A DNA stretch of 64,000 bases from an uncultured Armatimonadetes bacterium (GCA_963716175.1 OY970296.1:3136001-3200000); one strand, 5' to 3'. Shown: positions 42,291 through 53,785, counted from the stretch's first letter. The notes: a model not told the origin generated them from the sequence alone. Translations and numbers: made by a program.

Positions 42291-43457
42291 ATGCCAGGTC
42301 GCCACGCTCGTCGCATTCGTCTCACGGCCCTTGGCTTTCTGCTCTTCGGCCTTGTCGTCACAGGCGTCTCCGTCGCGGCTCGCCGTGCCAGCTCCACTGA
42401 CCCGGCGGCGCTCCGCAAGCAGCTCAACTCCATCTACCGGAAGCAGGAGCGCACCCTCAAGAACCTGCGCACCGTGAAGGCGCGCCAGCAGCGGGTGAAG
42501 CGCGAGCTGCGCCAGGCCGAGGCCGCCCTGGACGAGACTGATAGCCGTCTGGGCGAGGTGCGCCAGGATGTCCACGTTGCCCGCCGCAACCTGGCCCAGG
42601 CGCAGCGCGAATACCGCGCCGCCGAGGCCCGGCTGGACGGCCACCGGGAGGACGTTTCCGACCGCTTGGTTGCCATCTACGAGCTGGGTGAGGTGCGCCC
42701 CCTCGAGGTGCTGCTTCAGGCCACCAGCTTCACCGATTTCGCCAACCGGCTCTATCTGCTGAACCTGCTGGTGGAGCGCGACGCCGAGCTGCTCGATGCC
42801 TTCGAGCAGGCGCAGACGACCGCCGACCAGCATCGCGCCAATGTGGCGACCGAGGAGCGAAGGCTCAACGAGCTGCAGGGGCAGGTGGAAGCCAAGAAGC
42901 ATCGCGTGTCCGACTGGCGCGATGCCACGGCCGACAAGCAGGCCAGCCTCCAGGCCGCGCGGGCCGAGTACGAGCGCCAGCTCGCCGAGTTGGAGGAGAA
43001 TTCCCGCGAAGTCACCGCCATGTTGGAGCGGCTGGAGCAGACCAGGGCGGGCCGGGCCCGTTTTGCTCAGCCCTGGAAAGGCGCCTTGATCCGACCGGTT
43101 CAGGGCCGGATCACCTCCGGTTTCGGATATCGCACCCATCCCATCTTCCGGGTGCGGAGGATGCACACCGGGGTTGACATCGCCGCTGCCTCCGGCACGC
43201 CCATTCACGCCGCGGCCGGCGGCACGGTGGTGTTCGCAGGGCGGTGGGGCGGCTACGGCAACTGCGTAATCATAGATCACGGCGGCGGCCTGGCCACTCT
43301 CTATGGGCACTGCTCGAGCCTGGCTGTGGGAGAGGGCAACTCGGTCAAGCAGGGACAGACCATCGCCTATGTGGGCAGCACGGGCCTCGCCACCGGCCCC
43401 CATCTGCACTTCGAGACCCGCCGCAACGGCCGGCCGGTGGACCCGTCGGGCTTCTGA
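42291..43457 (+). CDS. Coiled-coil M23 peptidase (EnvC-like)
   Basis: HTGVD, YGH, GPHLHFE. Confidence 0.92.
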   Translation: MPGRHARRIRLTALGFLLFGLVVTGVSVAARRASSTDPAALRKQLNSIYRKQERTLKNLRTVKARQQRVKRELRQAEAALDETDSRLGEVRQDVHVARRNLAQAQREYRAAEARLDGHREDVSDRLVAIYELGEVRPLEVLLQATSFTDFANRLYLLNLLVERDAELLDAFEQAQTTADQHRANVATEERRLNELQGQVEAKKHRVSDWRDATADKQASLQAARAEYERQLAELEENSREVTAMLERLEQTRAGRARFAQPWKGALIRPVQGRITSGFGYRTHPIFRVRRMHTGVDIAAASGTPIHAAAGGTVVFAGRWGGYGNCVIIDHGGGLATLYGHCSSLAVGEGNSVKQGQTIAYVGSTGLATGPHLHFETRRNGRPVDPSGF

Positions 43458-43463
43458 GCCCCC

Positions 43464-44684
43464 CTACATCCGGATCCCAAACCACCTCTCCGCCGCCCGC
43501 CACATCACTCCCTCCGCGTAGCGCAGCCCTTCCCTTCGCGTCCAGTACCCGCCCTCCACCTTGTCTGCCACCGCCTTCGCCAGGCAGTCCTTGAAGGTGA
43601 GCGCGGCGGCATAGCTTTCCTCGGCGTGCCAGTTGTCCCCACCCCAGAGCAGGGTGTCGGCGCGGTAGGCCACCTCCGCGTACTCCTGGTACACGCGCAC
43701 CGCGGCCGAGGGGGAGATGATTGGCAGCCAGCAGGTGTCCACGATCAGATTGGGCCGCTCCGAGGCCATCGCCAGCACATCATCCATCCAGGGATAGCCC
43801 ACGTGGAAGAGGTCGAAGGTGGTGTTGGGGTTGCTGTCCAGCAGCCACATCAGCCGCTGGGGGTGCGAGGTCGCTTGCCGCGCCAGGCCGGCGTGGACCT
43901 GGAAGACCAGCCCATATTCCGCGGTCTTCTGCGCCAGCAGGTTGAGGATGAAGTCGCCGAACTCCTTCTGCTCCCGCGGATCCCGCGTGCCGGTGTCGAA
44001 GATCCGCTCCGCCTCGCGTCGGCTCACCGGCCCCACATCAATGTCCCGCTCGTAGGCCAGCGCCGACTTGATCGCCACCGCGCCTCTCCGTTTGTGTTCG
44101 GCCACCCAGAAGTCCACCCACCCCAGGTAGTCGTCGAAGCTGGAAATGCCGCGGCCGAACTTGGCGGCGAAGGCGAACGGGTTATTGCCGCCGTGATCCA
44201 CTGCCGACCGATCATAGCCATGCACCAGCATGTGCGACCGCAAGGCCAGGTGAAAGCTCGGCTCCGCGTGCACATAGCCCGGCTCCGGCAGAGGATCAAC
44301 GATGGTGTGCTGGATTCCCGCCTTTCGCAGCACACTCAGCGCCCAGCCTGGCTCCTGGTAGGCGCCCGCCACCTTTTCGGCCAGCCCAGCCAATGCGCCC
44401 TCATCTCTCTGCCTGACATCAGTCCCATACAGCTCGCTCAGCCCCCGCAGCAGTGAGACCGTGTACGCGTTGTAGCGACCCGGCTCCAACCACCTCGCCA
44501 GCGAAGGCGCTCCTGGCTCGAGCTCGCTGTCGTGCGCGGTCCAGCCCACATAAGACTCGCGGAAGATGTCGTAGAGCGTTGTCTCCGGCGAGTCCCACTT
44601 CTCCCCGTAGTGCTCGTGCGTGTCAATGATGGGGATCTCGTCGAGAGCTTTGCGAAGTGATCGGAACTCGGTGCCAGTGAACAT
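43464..44684 (-). CDS. Amidohydrolase superfamily protein
   Basis: IIDTHEH, QVHAG, FHVGYP, WGGD. Confidence 0.85.
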   Translation of the reverse strand: MFTGTEFRSLRKALDEIPIIDTHEHYGEKWDSPETTLYDIFRESYVGWTAHDSELEPGAPSLARWLEPGRYNAYTVSLLRGLSELYGTDVRQRDEGALAGLAEKVAGAYQEPGWALSVLRKAGIQHTIVDPLPEPGYVHAEPSFHLALRSHMLVHGYDRSAVDHGGNNPFAFAAKFGRGISSFDDYLGWVDFWVAEHKRRGAVAIKSALAYERDIDVGPVSRREAERIFDTGTRDPREQKEFGDFILNLLAQKTAEYGLVFQVHAGLARQATSHPQRLMWLLDSNPNTTFDLFHVGYPWMDDVLAMASERPNLIVDTCWLPIISPSAAVRVYQEYAEVAYRADTLLWGGDNWHAEESYAAALTFKDCLAKAVADKVEGGYWTRREGLRYAEGVMWRAAERWFGIRM

Positions 44685-44731
44685 GGCGCTCGCCTATCCT
44701 CCTCCATGCGCGTGCCTCGGCGGGCACGCGA

Positions 44732-45406
44732 TCATCGCGCCAAGGCCTTCACGAACCGCTTCGTCAGGTCTGTGGGCCGGGTGATCGCGCTCCCTACCAC
44801 CACTGCCCACGCCCCCAGGTCCAGCGCGCACCGCGCCTCCGCCGGCGTCGCAATCCCGCCTTCCGCGATCACCGGCACTCTCACCGCGCGGACGACGGCG
44901 TCCAGCAAGCCCCAGTCCGGCCCCTCGCCCCGCTTGCTGTAGGCGGTGTAGCCGCTCAGGGTGGTGGCGACGAGGTCGGCGCCGGCCTGCTCGGCCGCGA
45001 TCGCTTCCGCGACTGTGGAAATATCGGCCATCACCGGCAGCTTGAGCTCGGTCCTGATGCGGTGGACCAGCTGCTCCATGCTCACGCCCCCCGGGCGGGG
45101 CCGCGGGGTGCAGTCGAGCGCGATGATCGCGGCGCCAGCTTCCGCGATGCGCTGGGCGTCCTCGAAACGCGGCGTGATGTAGACCTCGAAGCCCTCCAGG
45201 TAGACCTTATCTATCCCGAGAATGGGAAGGCCGCACATCGCGCGAATGGCTGACATGTCCGGCCACTTCGCGCGAATCCCCACCGCGCCGCCCAACTCCG
45301 CGGCCCGGGCGAAGCGCGCCATCAGCCCGGGCTCGTAGAACGGGCTTCCCTCCTCCGCCTGGCAGGAGACAATCAGTCCGCCTTTGATCTGCTCAATCAC
45401 GCCCAT
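44732..45406 (-). CDS. nanE: N-acetylmannosamine-6-phosphate 2-epimerase
   Basis: LIVSCQA, YITP, TTLSGYT, VGSAITRP. Confidence 0.93.
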   Translation of the reverse strand: MGVIEQIKGGLIVSCQAEEGSPFYEPGLMARFARAAELGGAVGIRAKWPDMSAIRAMCGLPILGIDKVYLEGFEVYITPRFEDAQRIAEAGAAIIALDCTPRPRPGGVSMEQLVHRIRTELKLPVMADISTVAEAIAAEQAGADLVATTLSGYTAYSKRGEGPDWGLLDAVVRAVRVPVIAEGGIATPAEARCALDLGAWAVVVGSAITRPTDLTKRFVKALAR

Positions 45407-45523
45407 CGGTCCACATCCTTCCTGTCATTCCGAGCGACTTGCCCTGCGAAGCTTCAGCGCAGCAGGGCGCGAGCAATGCCGTCATTCTCTGCGCCCTTCG
45501 TGCCCCTGCGGTGAATCCTGCTA

Positions 45524-46267
45524 TCAGAAATTCGGCCGCGCCTTCGGAAACAGCGCGGCCACCACTTCCGCCTCCCGCGCGGACAGCTTCAGGCGACCGG
45601 GCAGGCCCAGCTCCTCCGGCGTGTCGCGGCCCATCAGCATCCGGAAGAAAGTGAGCGGATCGAGATCGAGCCGCAGATCGGGCGAGGGCGAGTGGTCCAG
45701 CGGCCGCAGCCAGTCCTTGGTGAATTCGAGGAAAGCCTGCTGCCCGGAGCACGAGATCGCAATGGTCCCGAGGAAGGATTCGCTCAGCCTCTTCGCGCGG
45801 GCCTGGAACACCGGCACGGTCCGGGAGAACAGCGACTTGATGTTGATCAGGCGCCACAGCAGATACTGCTCCGGCTCCGGGAAGGCCACCCAGCCCGCCT
45901 TCTGGTAAATGGGCACGCCCGAGTAGACCGAGCTGATATCGAAGCCTCGCAGATAGAGGAACTGGGCCGCGACATTGAGGAGGGCGGTCATGTACCCCCG
46001 GCCGCGGTGGCGCGGATGAGTGCAGACATCGCCGATCTCGGCCGAGCGGATCAGGCAATCGCCCACCCGCCGGCCCCGATCGAAGATGCGGATATGGCTG
46101 GCGATCTCGCCGTCCGCGACCAGCACCAGCGAGGACGCGCTCGCGCCCATTCGCTTGAAGCCGTCGGAGAAATAGCCCCGGTTGGCATCCATCACCTCGG
46201 CCAACAGATCCAGGCACTGGTCCCACTCGTCTTCTCTCAGCCATCTGATGTCATAGGCCATGTCCAC
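45524..46267 (-). CDS. GNAT acetyltransferase (Eis-like with SCP2-like C-terminus)
   Basis: VCTHPRHRGRGY; YQKAGW. Confidence 0.85.
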   Translation of the reverse strand: MDMAYDIRWLREDEWDQCLDLLAEVMDANRGYFSDGFKRMGASASSLVLVADGEIASHIRIFDRGRRVGDCLIRSAEIGDVCTHPRHRGRGYMTALLNVAAQFLYLRGFDISSVYSGVPIYQKAGWVAFPEPEQYLLWRLINIKSLFSRTVPVFQARAKRLSESFLGTIAISCSGQQAFLEFTKDWLRPLDHSPSPDLRLDLDPLTFFRMLMGRDTPEELGLPGRLKLSAREAEVVAALFPKARPNF

Positions 46268-46303
46268 TCATCTCCTCGTCAAGGTTCGTCGGATTCGCGC
46301 GTG

Positions 46304-47281
46304 CTACTTCGCACCGACTACTGCCGACCCCGCCTCCAGGTTGGCCAGCACCTGGGGCGTGATCCGGACTTCCGCCAGCTTGAGCGCCAGCAGCACCGCG
46401 GCCATCACCGGCGGGAAGCGCGGCTCTGCGAACACTGCTCCCGGGACGTGGCGCCTGACTTCTCGGCGGAAGCTGCGCCTAACCTGCTCCGAGCCGCGCA
46501 GCACGCCGCCCACCATGCTCACGGTGACGCGACCTCGGGCCATGGCGAGTCGCTCCGCCACCACGCCGGCTGACAGGCCCAGCTCGCGGCCCGCCCGCGC
46601 CAGGACTTGCCGCGCCGCCCGGTCGCCGGCCGCGGCCGCCTTCGGCACCACCGCGGCCAGCGCCGCCATCCCGGCCCGCGAGAGCTTCCCGGAGTAGACG
46701 AGCGCATGCAGCTCCCATAGCCCGCTTGCGCCGGCCTCGGCGAGCAGCAGCGGGGTTAGCGCCGTCGCCTCCGCCCGGCCATCATGAGCCCGGCAGGCCG
46801 CCGCTATCGCCTGGCGTGCGATCCAGAAGCCCCCGCCTTCGTCGCCCAGCAGGTACCCCCAACCGCTGGCGACTGCCTCCCGGCCGCGGGCGTTGCGGCC
46901 GTAGGCGATGGTGCCCGTGCCCGCGATCACCACCACTCCTGGCTTGCCGCCGGTGACGCAGGCCAGCGCGGTCACCGCATCGTTCTCGAGTTGGAAGCGC
47001 CTGGCCGCCACAGACCCTCTCACCGCGCGTCTGGTTCGGTGGTCGCCTCCGGTCATCCCGAGAAATGCGCTCGCGAACGCCGTCGGCTTCAGCCGCGCGC
47101 TCCGCCAGGCCCGGGCGATACTGCTGGTCACGGCGCGCTGCGCCCGCGCTACCCCTCCGGGTTCCCAGACATGATCCGCCGGACCGGCGCGGCCCAGGCC
47201 CAGCAGGTTCCCGGCGAGATCACAGATGGCGGCCGTGGTCGCGGTCTGGCCACCATCCATACCCAGGACGAAGCCGCCCAT
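46304..47281 (-). CDS. BadF/BadG/BcrA/BcrD family sugar kinase (GlcNAc kinase-like)
   Basis: GMDGGQT, IAGTG, GWGYLLGDEGG. Confidence 0.9.
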   Translation of the reverse strand: MGGFVLGMDGGQTATTAAICDLAGNLLGLGRAGPADHVWEPGGVARAQRAVTSSIARAWRSARLKPTAFASAFLGMTGGDHRTRRAVRGSVAARRFQLENDAVTALACVTGGKPGVVVIAGTGTIAYGRNARGREAVASGWGYLLGDEGGGFWIARQAIAAACRAHDGRAEATALTPLLLAEAGASGLWELHALVYSGKLSRAGMAALAAVVPKAAAAGDRAARQVLARAGRELGLSAGVVAERLAMARGRVTVSMVGGVLRGSEQVRRSFRREVRRHVPGAVFAEPRFPPVMAAVLLALKLAEVRITPQVLANLEAGSAVVGAK

Positions 47282-47399
47282 ACCTGCCTCCGCCGCCTCT
47301 TTCGCCGCCGTCCGAGAGGTGTCCTCGCCCGGCCCGCATTGTCGCCGCCCGCGCACCATGCTACAATACGCCCCATCCTGGTCTCGGGCGGGGGTCAGT

Positions 47400-49325
47400 G
47401 TGGATCGCTCTGACAGGCTCTTCCTGCTTCTCCTGCTGATCGGTTTGGCCGCGGCGCTCTTCCTCGCGGTCGGTCGCGCGCGGGTAGAGCGCAGCAACCG
47501 GATCGTCGAGATGGTGGTGGACGCAGACGATGTGCGGCAGTTGGCGATGGCCGCGGGGCTGCCCACCAGCGCCGTGCTCGAGCAGCTCCGCCGCGCCGGG
47601 GCGACTGCGCTGGCAGTGCGGGAGCTGACCATCGGCGAGCTGGTTGACCTGGGAAGCGTGATGCCCATGGCTCTGCCGGGCGGGACCACCCTGGTCTCGC
47701 CTGATCCCGAACTGCTGAGTGTGCTCGCCGGGGCCATTCACGCCAAGCTGCCGCGGGCCGAGGTCGGCCTCCTGGAGTCGCGCGGCGGGGTCGCCATCGT
47801 GCTCCGGGGCCTGGACATGGACCAGCTCATGAAGGTCCCGGTGCTGCTGCGGACCGAGGACGTGCGCGCCGCCCGGGGCGCCGGGCTGCGGCTGGTGGCG
47901 CGCCTCATGAACTTCGCCGCCGCCTCCCCGGAGGCGATCTCCGCCGCGGCCGCGGAGGCGAAGGCAGCGGGAGCCACGCTGGTGATCTTCCGCGAGGACC
48001 AGGTGCTCGGCTTCCAGGATTTGCTGACCGACACCGCCGAAGCTTTCGACCGCAGCCGCCTCCTCTATGGCTATATCGAGATGGTCAGTCAGAAGGGAGG
48101 GGATGCGCTGGCCGCACGGCTGATCCCCCGGCTGGTGCGGGTGCATAGCATCACGGAGGCGGACATGCAGACCATCTCGCCCGCGGTGGCGATTCCACGC
48201 TATGCCCGGGCAGTGGAGGAGCGGAACGTACGCGCCTGCTACGTGCGCCTGATCCTGCGGCCTCAGCCCGATCCCATGGGGAAGAACTCCCGCTACCTGG
48301 AGGCCATCGCCACGGCCCTGCGGGGCCGGGGGTTTCGCATAGGTCCACCTGCCCCGTTCTTCGCGCCAGAGGGATGGCCGCCCAAGTGGGCTCGGGAGCT
48401 GGCGCTGCTGGCGCTGCCCGCCGCGCTCGTGCTGCTGCTGCGCCGGTTGCTGCCACTATCGCAAGTTTGGGCCTGGCTGATCTTCGTCCTGGTGATGGCG
48501 GCAGGGCTGCTGCTGCACCTGGGCCGGCCGGCGCTGGCGGTTCCCGTCTCCGGCCTGGCGGCAGCGTGCATCTTCCCGGCGCTGGCGCTGGCCTGGGTGA
48601 TGCAGTGGGCCCGCGGTCTCCAGGTGCATGTGACCACCGGACGGCTGATCGGCCGCGCGCTGCTGGGCCTGCTGCTCAGTTGTCTGGCGACATTGGCGGG
48701 AAGCATGGTGATCGTCGGCCTCTTCTCGCGGGTGGGCTACCTGGAGGGCGTGGGGCGCTTCCTGGGGGTGAAGCTGGCCTACTTGGCGCCCGTGCTGGTT
48801 ATCCTGGCGGTGGTGGTCTTCGACCTGCCCGGACGAGTGGAGCCTGGCCGCCAATGGTGGATTCGGGTGAGGCTGCGCGCCGGCCAGTTCTTCCGCCAGC
48901 CGGTGAGCATGATCGCAGCCGCCGTGATCCTGATCGCGCTCGCCGCGCTCGCCTTCGCGATCAGTCGCAGCGGCAACCAGCCCGCGGTGGCGCCCACCGG
49001 CGGTGAACTCAAGCTGCGCGGCCTCCTGGAGTCTCTGCTGGTGGTGCGGCCTCGCACCAAAGAGTTCCTGCTGGGCCACCCCGCGCTGATGCTCGCGGTC
49101 GCGCTCTCTCTCCGCGGGCGCCGCACTTGGCTCCCACTGATCGCCGTTCTGGCCGGCGTGGGTCAGGTCTCGCTGCTCAACACCTTCTGCCACTTCCACA
49201 CCCCGCTCTACGTCAGCCTGATCAGGACGGCCAACGGCATCTGGCTGGGTGCCGTGGTGGGAGTGGTGGTGGTCCTGGTGTGGCGGAGGCTATGCGATCA
49301 CCGGCCTCGCCCGACGCGCTCATGA
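47400..49325 (+). CDS. DUF5693-like membrane protein
   Basis: VRVHSI, AVEERNVR, RPRTKEFLLGHP, NTFCHFHTP; coupled to csaB. Confidence 0.8.
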   Translation: MDRSDRLFLLLLLIGLAAALFLAVGRARVERSNRIVEMVVDADDVRQLAMAAGLPTSAVLEQLRRAGATALAVRELTIGELVDLGSVMPMALPGGTTLVSPDPELLSVLAGAIHAKLPRAEVGLLESRGGVAIVLRGLDMDQLMKVPVLLRTEDVRAARGAGLRLVARLMNFAAASPEAISAAAAEAKAAGATLVIFREDQVLGFQDLLTDTAEAFDRSRLLYGYIEMVSQKGGDALAARLIPRLVRVHSITEADMQTISPAVAIPRYARAVEERNVRACYVRLILRPQPDPMGKNSRYLEAIATALRGRGFRIGPPAPFFAPEGWPPKWARELALLALPAALVLLLRRLLPLSQVWAWLIFVLVMAAGLLLHLGRPALAVPVSGLAAACIFPALALAWVMQWARGLQVHVTTGRLIGRALLGLLLSCLATLAGSMVIVGLFSRVGYLEGVGRFLGVKLAYLAPVLVILAVVVFDLPGRVEPGRQWWIRVRLRAGQFFRQPVSMIAAAVILIALAALAFAISRSGNQPAVAPTGGELKLRGLLESLLVVRPRTKEFLLGHPALMLAVALSLRGRRTWLPLIAVLAGVGQVSLLNTFCHFHTPLYVSLIRTANGIWLGAVVGVVVVLVWRRLCDHRPRPTRS

Positions 49326-50434
49326 CCCGGCCCTCGCGCCTGCTGATCTCCGGCTACTACGGCTTCGCCAACGCCGGCGATGAGGCCATCCTCGCCGGGC
49401 TGGTGCAGGGGTTCCGAGAGCTGGCCCCTGAGGCGCAGCTCACCGTTCTCTCTGAAGATCCCCTGGCCACCGCGGCCGAGCACGGCGTAGCGGCGGTTCC
49501 CCGTGGGCTTACCAGTGCCTTCTCGGCAATCCAAGATAGCGATCTGTTAGTTAGCGGGGGCGGAGGGCTGCTCCAGGACGCGACTAGTTGGCGCTCTCCC
49601 CTCTATTACCTGGCCCTGCTTTGGCTGGCTCGCGCCTCCCATGTGCCCATGGCCTGCATCGGCCACGGCATCGGGCCGCTGCGCCGGAGCTGGGTGCGCC
49701 GGCTCACGCGGCGCGAGCTGTCTCGGGTGAACCTGCTGGTGGTGCGGGACAAGCTCTCGCTGACTATCCTCCAGGGGCTCGCCGTCGGGCGGGAGATCCA
49801 TGTCGCTGCCGATCTCGCCTTCCTGTTGCCTCCGCCTGGCGAAGACGAAACGGCCGCCGCCTGGGCCAAGGCTGAACTGCCCCAGGACTCCCGCCCGGCC
49901 CTGGGCATCGCGCTCCGCCAACCTTCAGGCGATTCCTCTCCCGACCTCTCGCCCTCCCTCGCTGCTGCCATCGGCGCCGCCTGCCAGCAGCTCGGACTTC
50001 GCCCCCTGCTGTTGCCGATGCAGCACCCGCGTGATCTCGCCGTGGCCGAAGTGGTGGCGCAGCACATGCCGCTGCCGGCCCAGATCGCACGGCCGCGCCT
50101 GACGGCGCGGGAGATGCTGGCCCTGGTCGCGGGGTGCGACCTGGTGGTGGCGCTCCGCCTTCATGCCCTGATCTTCGCCGCGGTGTGCGGACGCCCGATG
50201 GTGGCCATCTCCTATGATCCCAAGGTGGACGGGCAGATGGAGGAGCTGGGCCTGAAGGCCGCCACCTCGGTCGCAGCCTTCGACGCCCAGGCGCTCGGCG
50301 ATGCTCTCGCCCGGGCCTGGGAGCAGAGAACGGAGATCGCCACCTCGCTCGCCGAGCCCGTGGCGCGGCTGCGCGCCGCCGCCCGGCGCAGCATTGAGTT
50401 GGCACTATCGCTCTTGCCAGAGGTCGCGCCATGA
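49322..50434 (+). CDS. csaB: Polysaccharide pyruvyl transferase CsaB
   Basis: SGYYGFANAGDEAI, SGGGGLLQDATS, RLHALI, YDPKV. Confidence 0.92.
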   Translation: MTRPSRLLISGYYGFANAGDEAILAGLVQGFRELAPEAQLTVLSEDPLATAAEHGVAAVPRGLTSAFSAIQDSDLLVSGGGGLLQDATSWRSPLYYLALLWLARASHVPMACIGHGIGPLRRSWVRRLTRRELSRVNLLVVRDKLSLTILQGLAVGREIHVAADLAFLLPPPGEDETAAAWAKAELPQDSRPALGIALRQPSGDSSPDLSPSLAAAIGAACQQLGLRPLLLPMQHPRDLAVAEVVAQHMPLPAQIARPRLTAREMLALVAGCDLVVALRLHALIFAAVCGRPMVAISYDPKVDGQMEELGLKAATSVAAFDAQALGDALARAWEQRTEIATSLAEPVARLRAAARRSIELALSLLPEVAP

Positions 50435-51598
50435 GCCAGAGGCATCTGCTGCCGGCCTGGTTGGCTGCTGTTCTTCTCTTTGCGGTGCTGCCCGCGGTGC
50501 CCAGCGGGGAGGTGGATGTGCCCACGACTCACGAGATCCTCCGCTTTCGCATCGTCAATGATGCCGGCGGAGAGATCGCCGCCAGCTTCGATGGCGGACA
50601 GACCTGGCAGACCGCCGGCCGGGTGATCCGCTATACCACCCAGGTCAACCGCCGCGGATACACAGCGAGCAAATGGGTTCTGCCAGGACACGTGGCGGCC
50701 ACCGCGGTCAACGCCATCCATATCAACGTTGGCTATAACCAGGAGGAGGACCGCGGCGTGGTTTTCTCTCTGCTGCCGCGGGAGATGCTCGCGGCCACTG
50801 CCTCCTACAGTTCCTTCCTCAGCCCGGACTCCTCCATCTACACCGACATCCCGGCCGGCCAGGGCATCTTCGGCGGCGGAGGCGCGCCCCTGGTCGGAAA
50901 CTGCATCTACCAGGAGACGGGCGGCGGGTTGGTGCCCCTCTCGGCGGGATACGTTCCCGCGCGGGGAGGTGCTGGTGGTGATCGTGGATCGCCCGGCGCG
51001 CTATCCCATTGCCGCTGAGTTCGAAAACCAGGCGGGAGGGGCAGTCACCCTGTCCTACTCAGACGGCTCCCGCGAGCTGTTAGGTTGGGTCGTCAAGCCG
51101 GTCCTGGGCGTAGGGCGCTTCCTGGGCGCCGTCTACACCGGCACCGGTCGCATCCGCGCCAACCACACCGGGGTGATAGACATCTCCACCTCGCCCGTAG
51201 GGGAGCTGGGGGCGTTCCAGATCATCCCTTTCGGTCACGCCCTCAGCCCCGAGATGGGCAATGCCTGGGGGCTGACCCAGTGGATGATAGTCGGTCCTCT
51301 CCGCGATAGGTCCTCCCTCTGGGACGGGATCACCCCGCTCTTCTGTCAGCATATCAGGCCCGACTACCTGTCCGACGACCTCTATGGTCAGGACTGGCGA
51401 GTGCGCTTGCTCTCCCGGTTTCTCGCCGAGGTGGACACCGGCCGGGGCTGGCAGCCGTTTCCGGCCATTCGCCTTTCCCCAGACCCCGGCGCGCCTCTCC
51501 CCGGATGGGCCGGGGATGCGCTCAGCCCGGTGAAGCGGGTGCGCATTCTCTTCCCCCTGGCCGAGCGGGGAGCGGTGGAGGTGGTAGCGCGGAAGTGA
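50431..51598 (+). CDS. Secreted hypothetical protein, frameshifted near 50960
   Basis: ORF 50431 (ATAVNAIH) continues in ORF 50729 frame (VGRF.G, IRANHTGVIDIST). Confidence 0.75.
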
Positions 51599-51849
51599 GA
51601 AGGGGACGGCACCTATGCGGCGCCGTCCCCGGGTTGGCGCGTCACTGCATGACTGCCGGCCCGGCGGAAGACACTCGTGAGGGCGCGAGCATCCCCCAAC
51701 CGGGCCGCCAAGAAGGGCCCCCCGCAGGAGGCCCTCCTTGACCTCTGTGCCCGTGGGTCGCCTGTCTACAGGCGCCCCTATCTCAAAGCAGCCTCAGCCT
51801 ACCAGTGGCAGGAGTGCCCGCTCCTGGCCAGAGTGCAGCCGAGGGCTGA

Positions 51850-53491
51850 CTATTCGGAGTTTCTCCTCCCCACCGCCGCAAGCTCACCATCAAGCCGGGA
51901 GTGCATGGCCTCGGGCATCGGCTCCGCGTCGCCCTGTTTGCTGACGGCAATGGGCAGACGCACGCACACCCGCGTGCCGAGGCTCGAGTCGCCCTGCATC
52001 AACATGGTTCCGCCCTGCGCGCGGATGATCCGCTCTGCGGCCGCCAGGGCCAGCCCGGTCTCAATGGTACCTCTGTGGGGCACACCGAAGGCCTCGCAGC
52101 TCTTGTCACAGGAATCAGAGGCCTCGCCAGCGCGGGCATCTGCGATCTCGGCCTGCACCCAATCGGCCTCGGAGGCGGTGGTCTGAACTGACAGCCGACC
52201 TCCCTCCGGCATATTGTTCAGCGCGTTCACGAACAGATTCAGGAACGCCTGCTGCACCTGCGCGGGACTAGCCTGGACGCAGGGCAGAACGGTGTAGCAT
52301 TCCTGCACCTCGATCTTCGATGCGCAGTACTCCGGCCGCATCACATCGAGCGTGCTCTGGATGACCTGGTTGAGGTCGGCGCTGTCGCGGGATTCGGATC
52401 CGGAGCGCCGCGCCAGTGCCAGCAATCCCGTCAAGGTCTCGGCGACCCGAGCTGCCAGGCTGCGGACGGCGCCCACTTCGCGCCGGACCAGGTCCGGGTC
52501 CCACTCCTGGCGCTCCAGCAGTTGGTCGGCCTTGGCCATGATTGCGGCCGCCGGGTTATTCACCACATAGGCGACCCCTCCGGCAATCACCCCCAGGCCG
52601 GGTACCCTCTCGGCCTCCGTCAGCTGGGCCTGGGTGGCGTGCAGATCATCCAGCAGCTTGCCGAGACGATCCAGTTGCTTCTGGTTCTCGCCGTAGAGAT
52701 GCGCTTTCTCGAGCGCGATGGAGGCCTGATTAGCAAACGACTGAAGAGTGCTGAGGACATGGCTCGAGAAGGGCTCGTGCGGCTTCAGCCGGCCCACCAA
52801 CAGGGCCCCTACCACTCTCTCTCCGGCCAACAGCGGCTCTGCCGCGAGCGCGCTCAGCTCGTCCCAGGGAAGATCGGGCCGGCTGAACTCCTCCGGCGGC
52901 GCCTGCGGAGACAGGCACATCGCCCGCCCGCTGCGGATGACTATCGCCGCCACCCGTTCCGCCAACTCGACCTGGAGGCCCCGCTGATAGATCGCGGCCA
53001 GGCGCAGATGGCGTACCCCTCCTTCCGCCCGGATCAGCGCCGCGCAGTCGGACTCCGTGACATCGGCGGCGGTGCGCGCGATCAGCTCCAGCAGGCGGGG
53101 CAAGTTGAAGTTCGTGATCAGGGTGTGGCTGAGCTGAGACCAGGTGTCCAGTTGCTGGTTGCGATCTGCCAGCGTCTGCGCGGTCGTATCCAGGGTCTGC
53201 ACCAGGTCCCGGTTCTGGTTCCGCACCGCCGTCAGCTTCTCGTAGAGGTAGGCGCAGATCAGCCAGGCCACCACCAGCAGGGCAGCCGGCAGCGCGTAGG
53301 CCTTGGAGGGCCCCCAGCAGGCGCCCCGTCCATGCCAGCGGGATTCGTTCCTCGATGATCGCGGTGGCGTCCAGCAGGAACAGGCCCACGGCCAGCAGCA
53401 GGAAAAGGCTCAGCGCCAGGAACCAGAGCCGCTGCTCTGCCCGCTCGATCCGCTTCAGCCTCTCCAGACTGCCGACCCCCTCGCCTTCCAT
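51850..53491 (-). CDS. Membrane GAF histidine-kinase-like protein with degenerate motifs, frameshifted near 53300
   Basis: TM-GAF-DHp-HATPase layout; H-box reads VAYVVNNP. Confidence 0.8.
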
Positions 53492-53785
53492 GCTTGCCCC
53501 TGCCCTCGCTTGCCTCATCAACTATCCCCCTCCTGCTGTCAGGAAACGGCGCGCCATCCGCCGGCTGTCTCGGGGATGGTGCTCAGGAAGCCGTCGCCGG
53601 TTTGCAGGGCCGCGTTCGCCACGACCCTGGTGTGCTTCTGCTACGGGCTTCATTCCACACTTCCCAGCAGGTTCTGAGACGCTCCCTGGCCGCGTTTGGC
53701 CGCCCAGATAGCCATTCTCCGCTGCTCTGGTTTGTGGAATAAGGCCGAGGGATGGGCCACCGTCCTTGACCCGGGGAGGGAGAGT

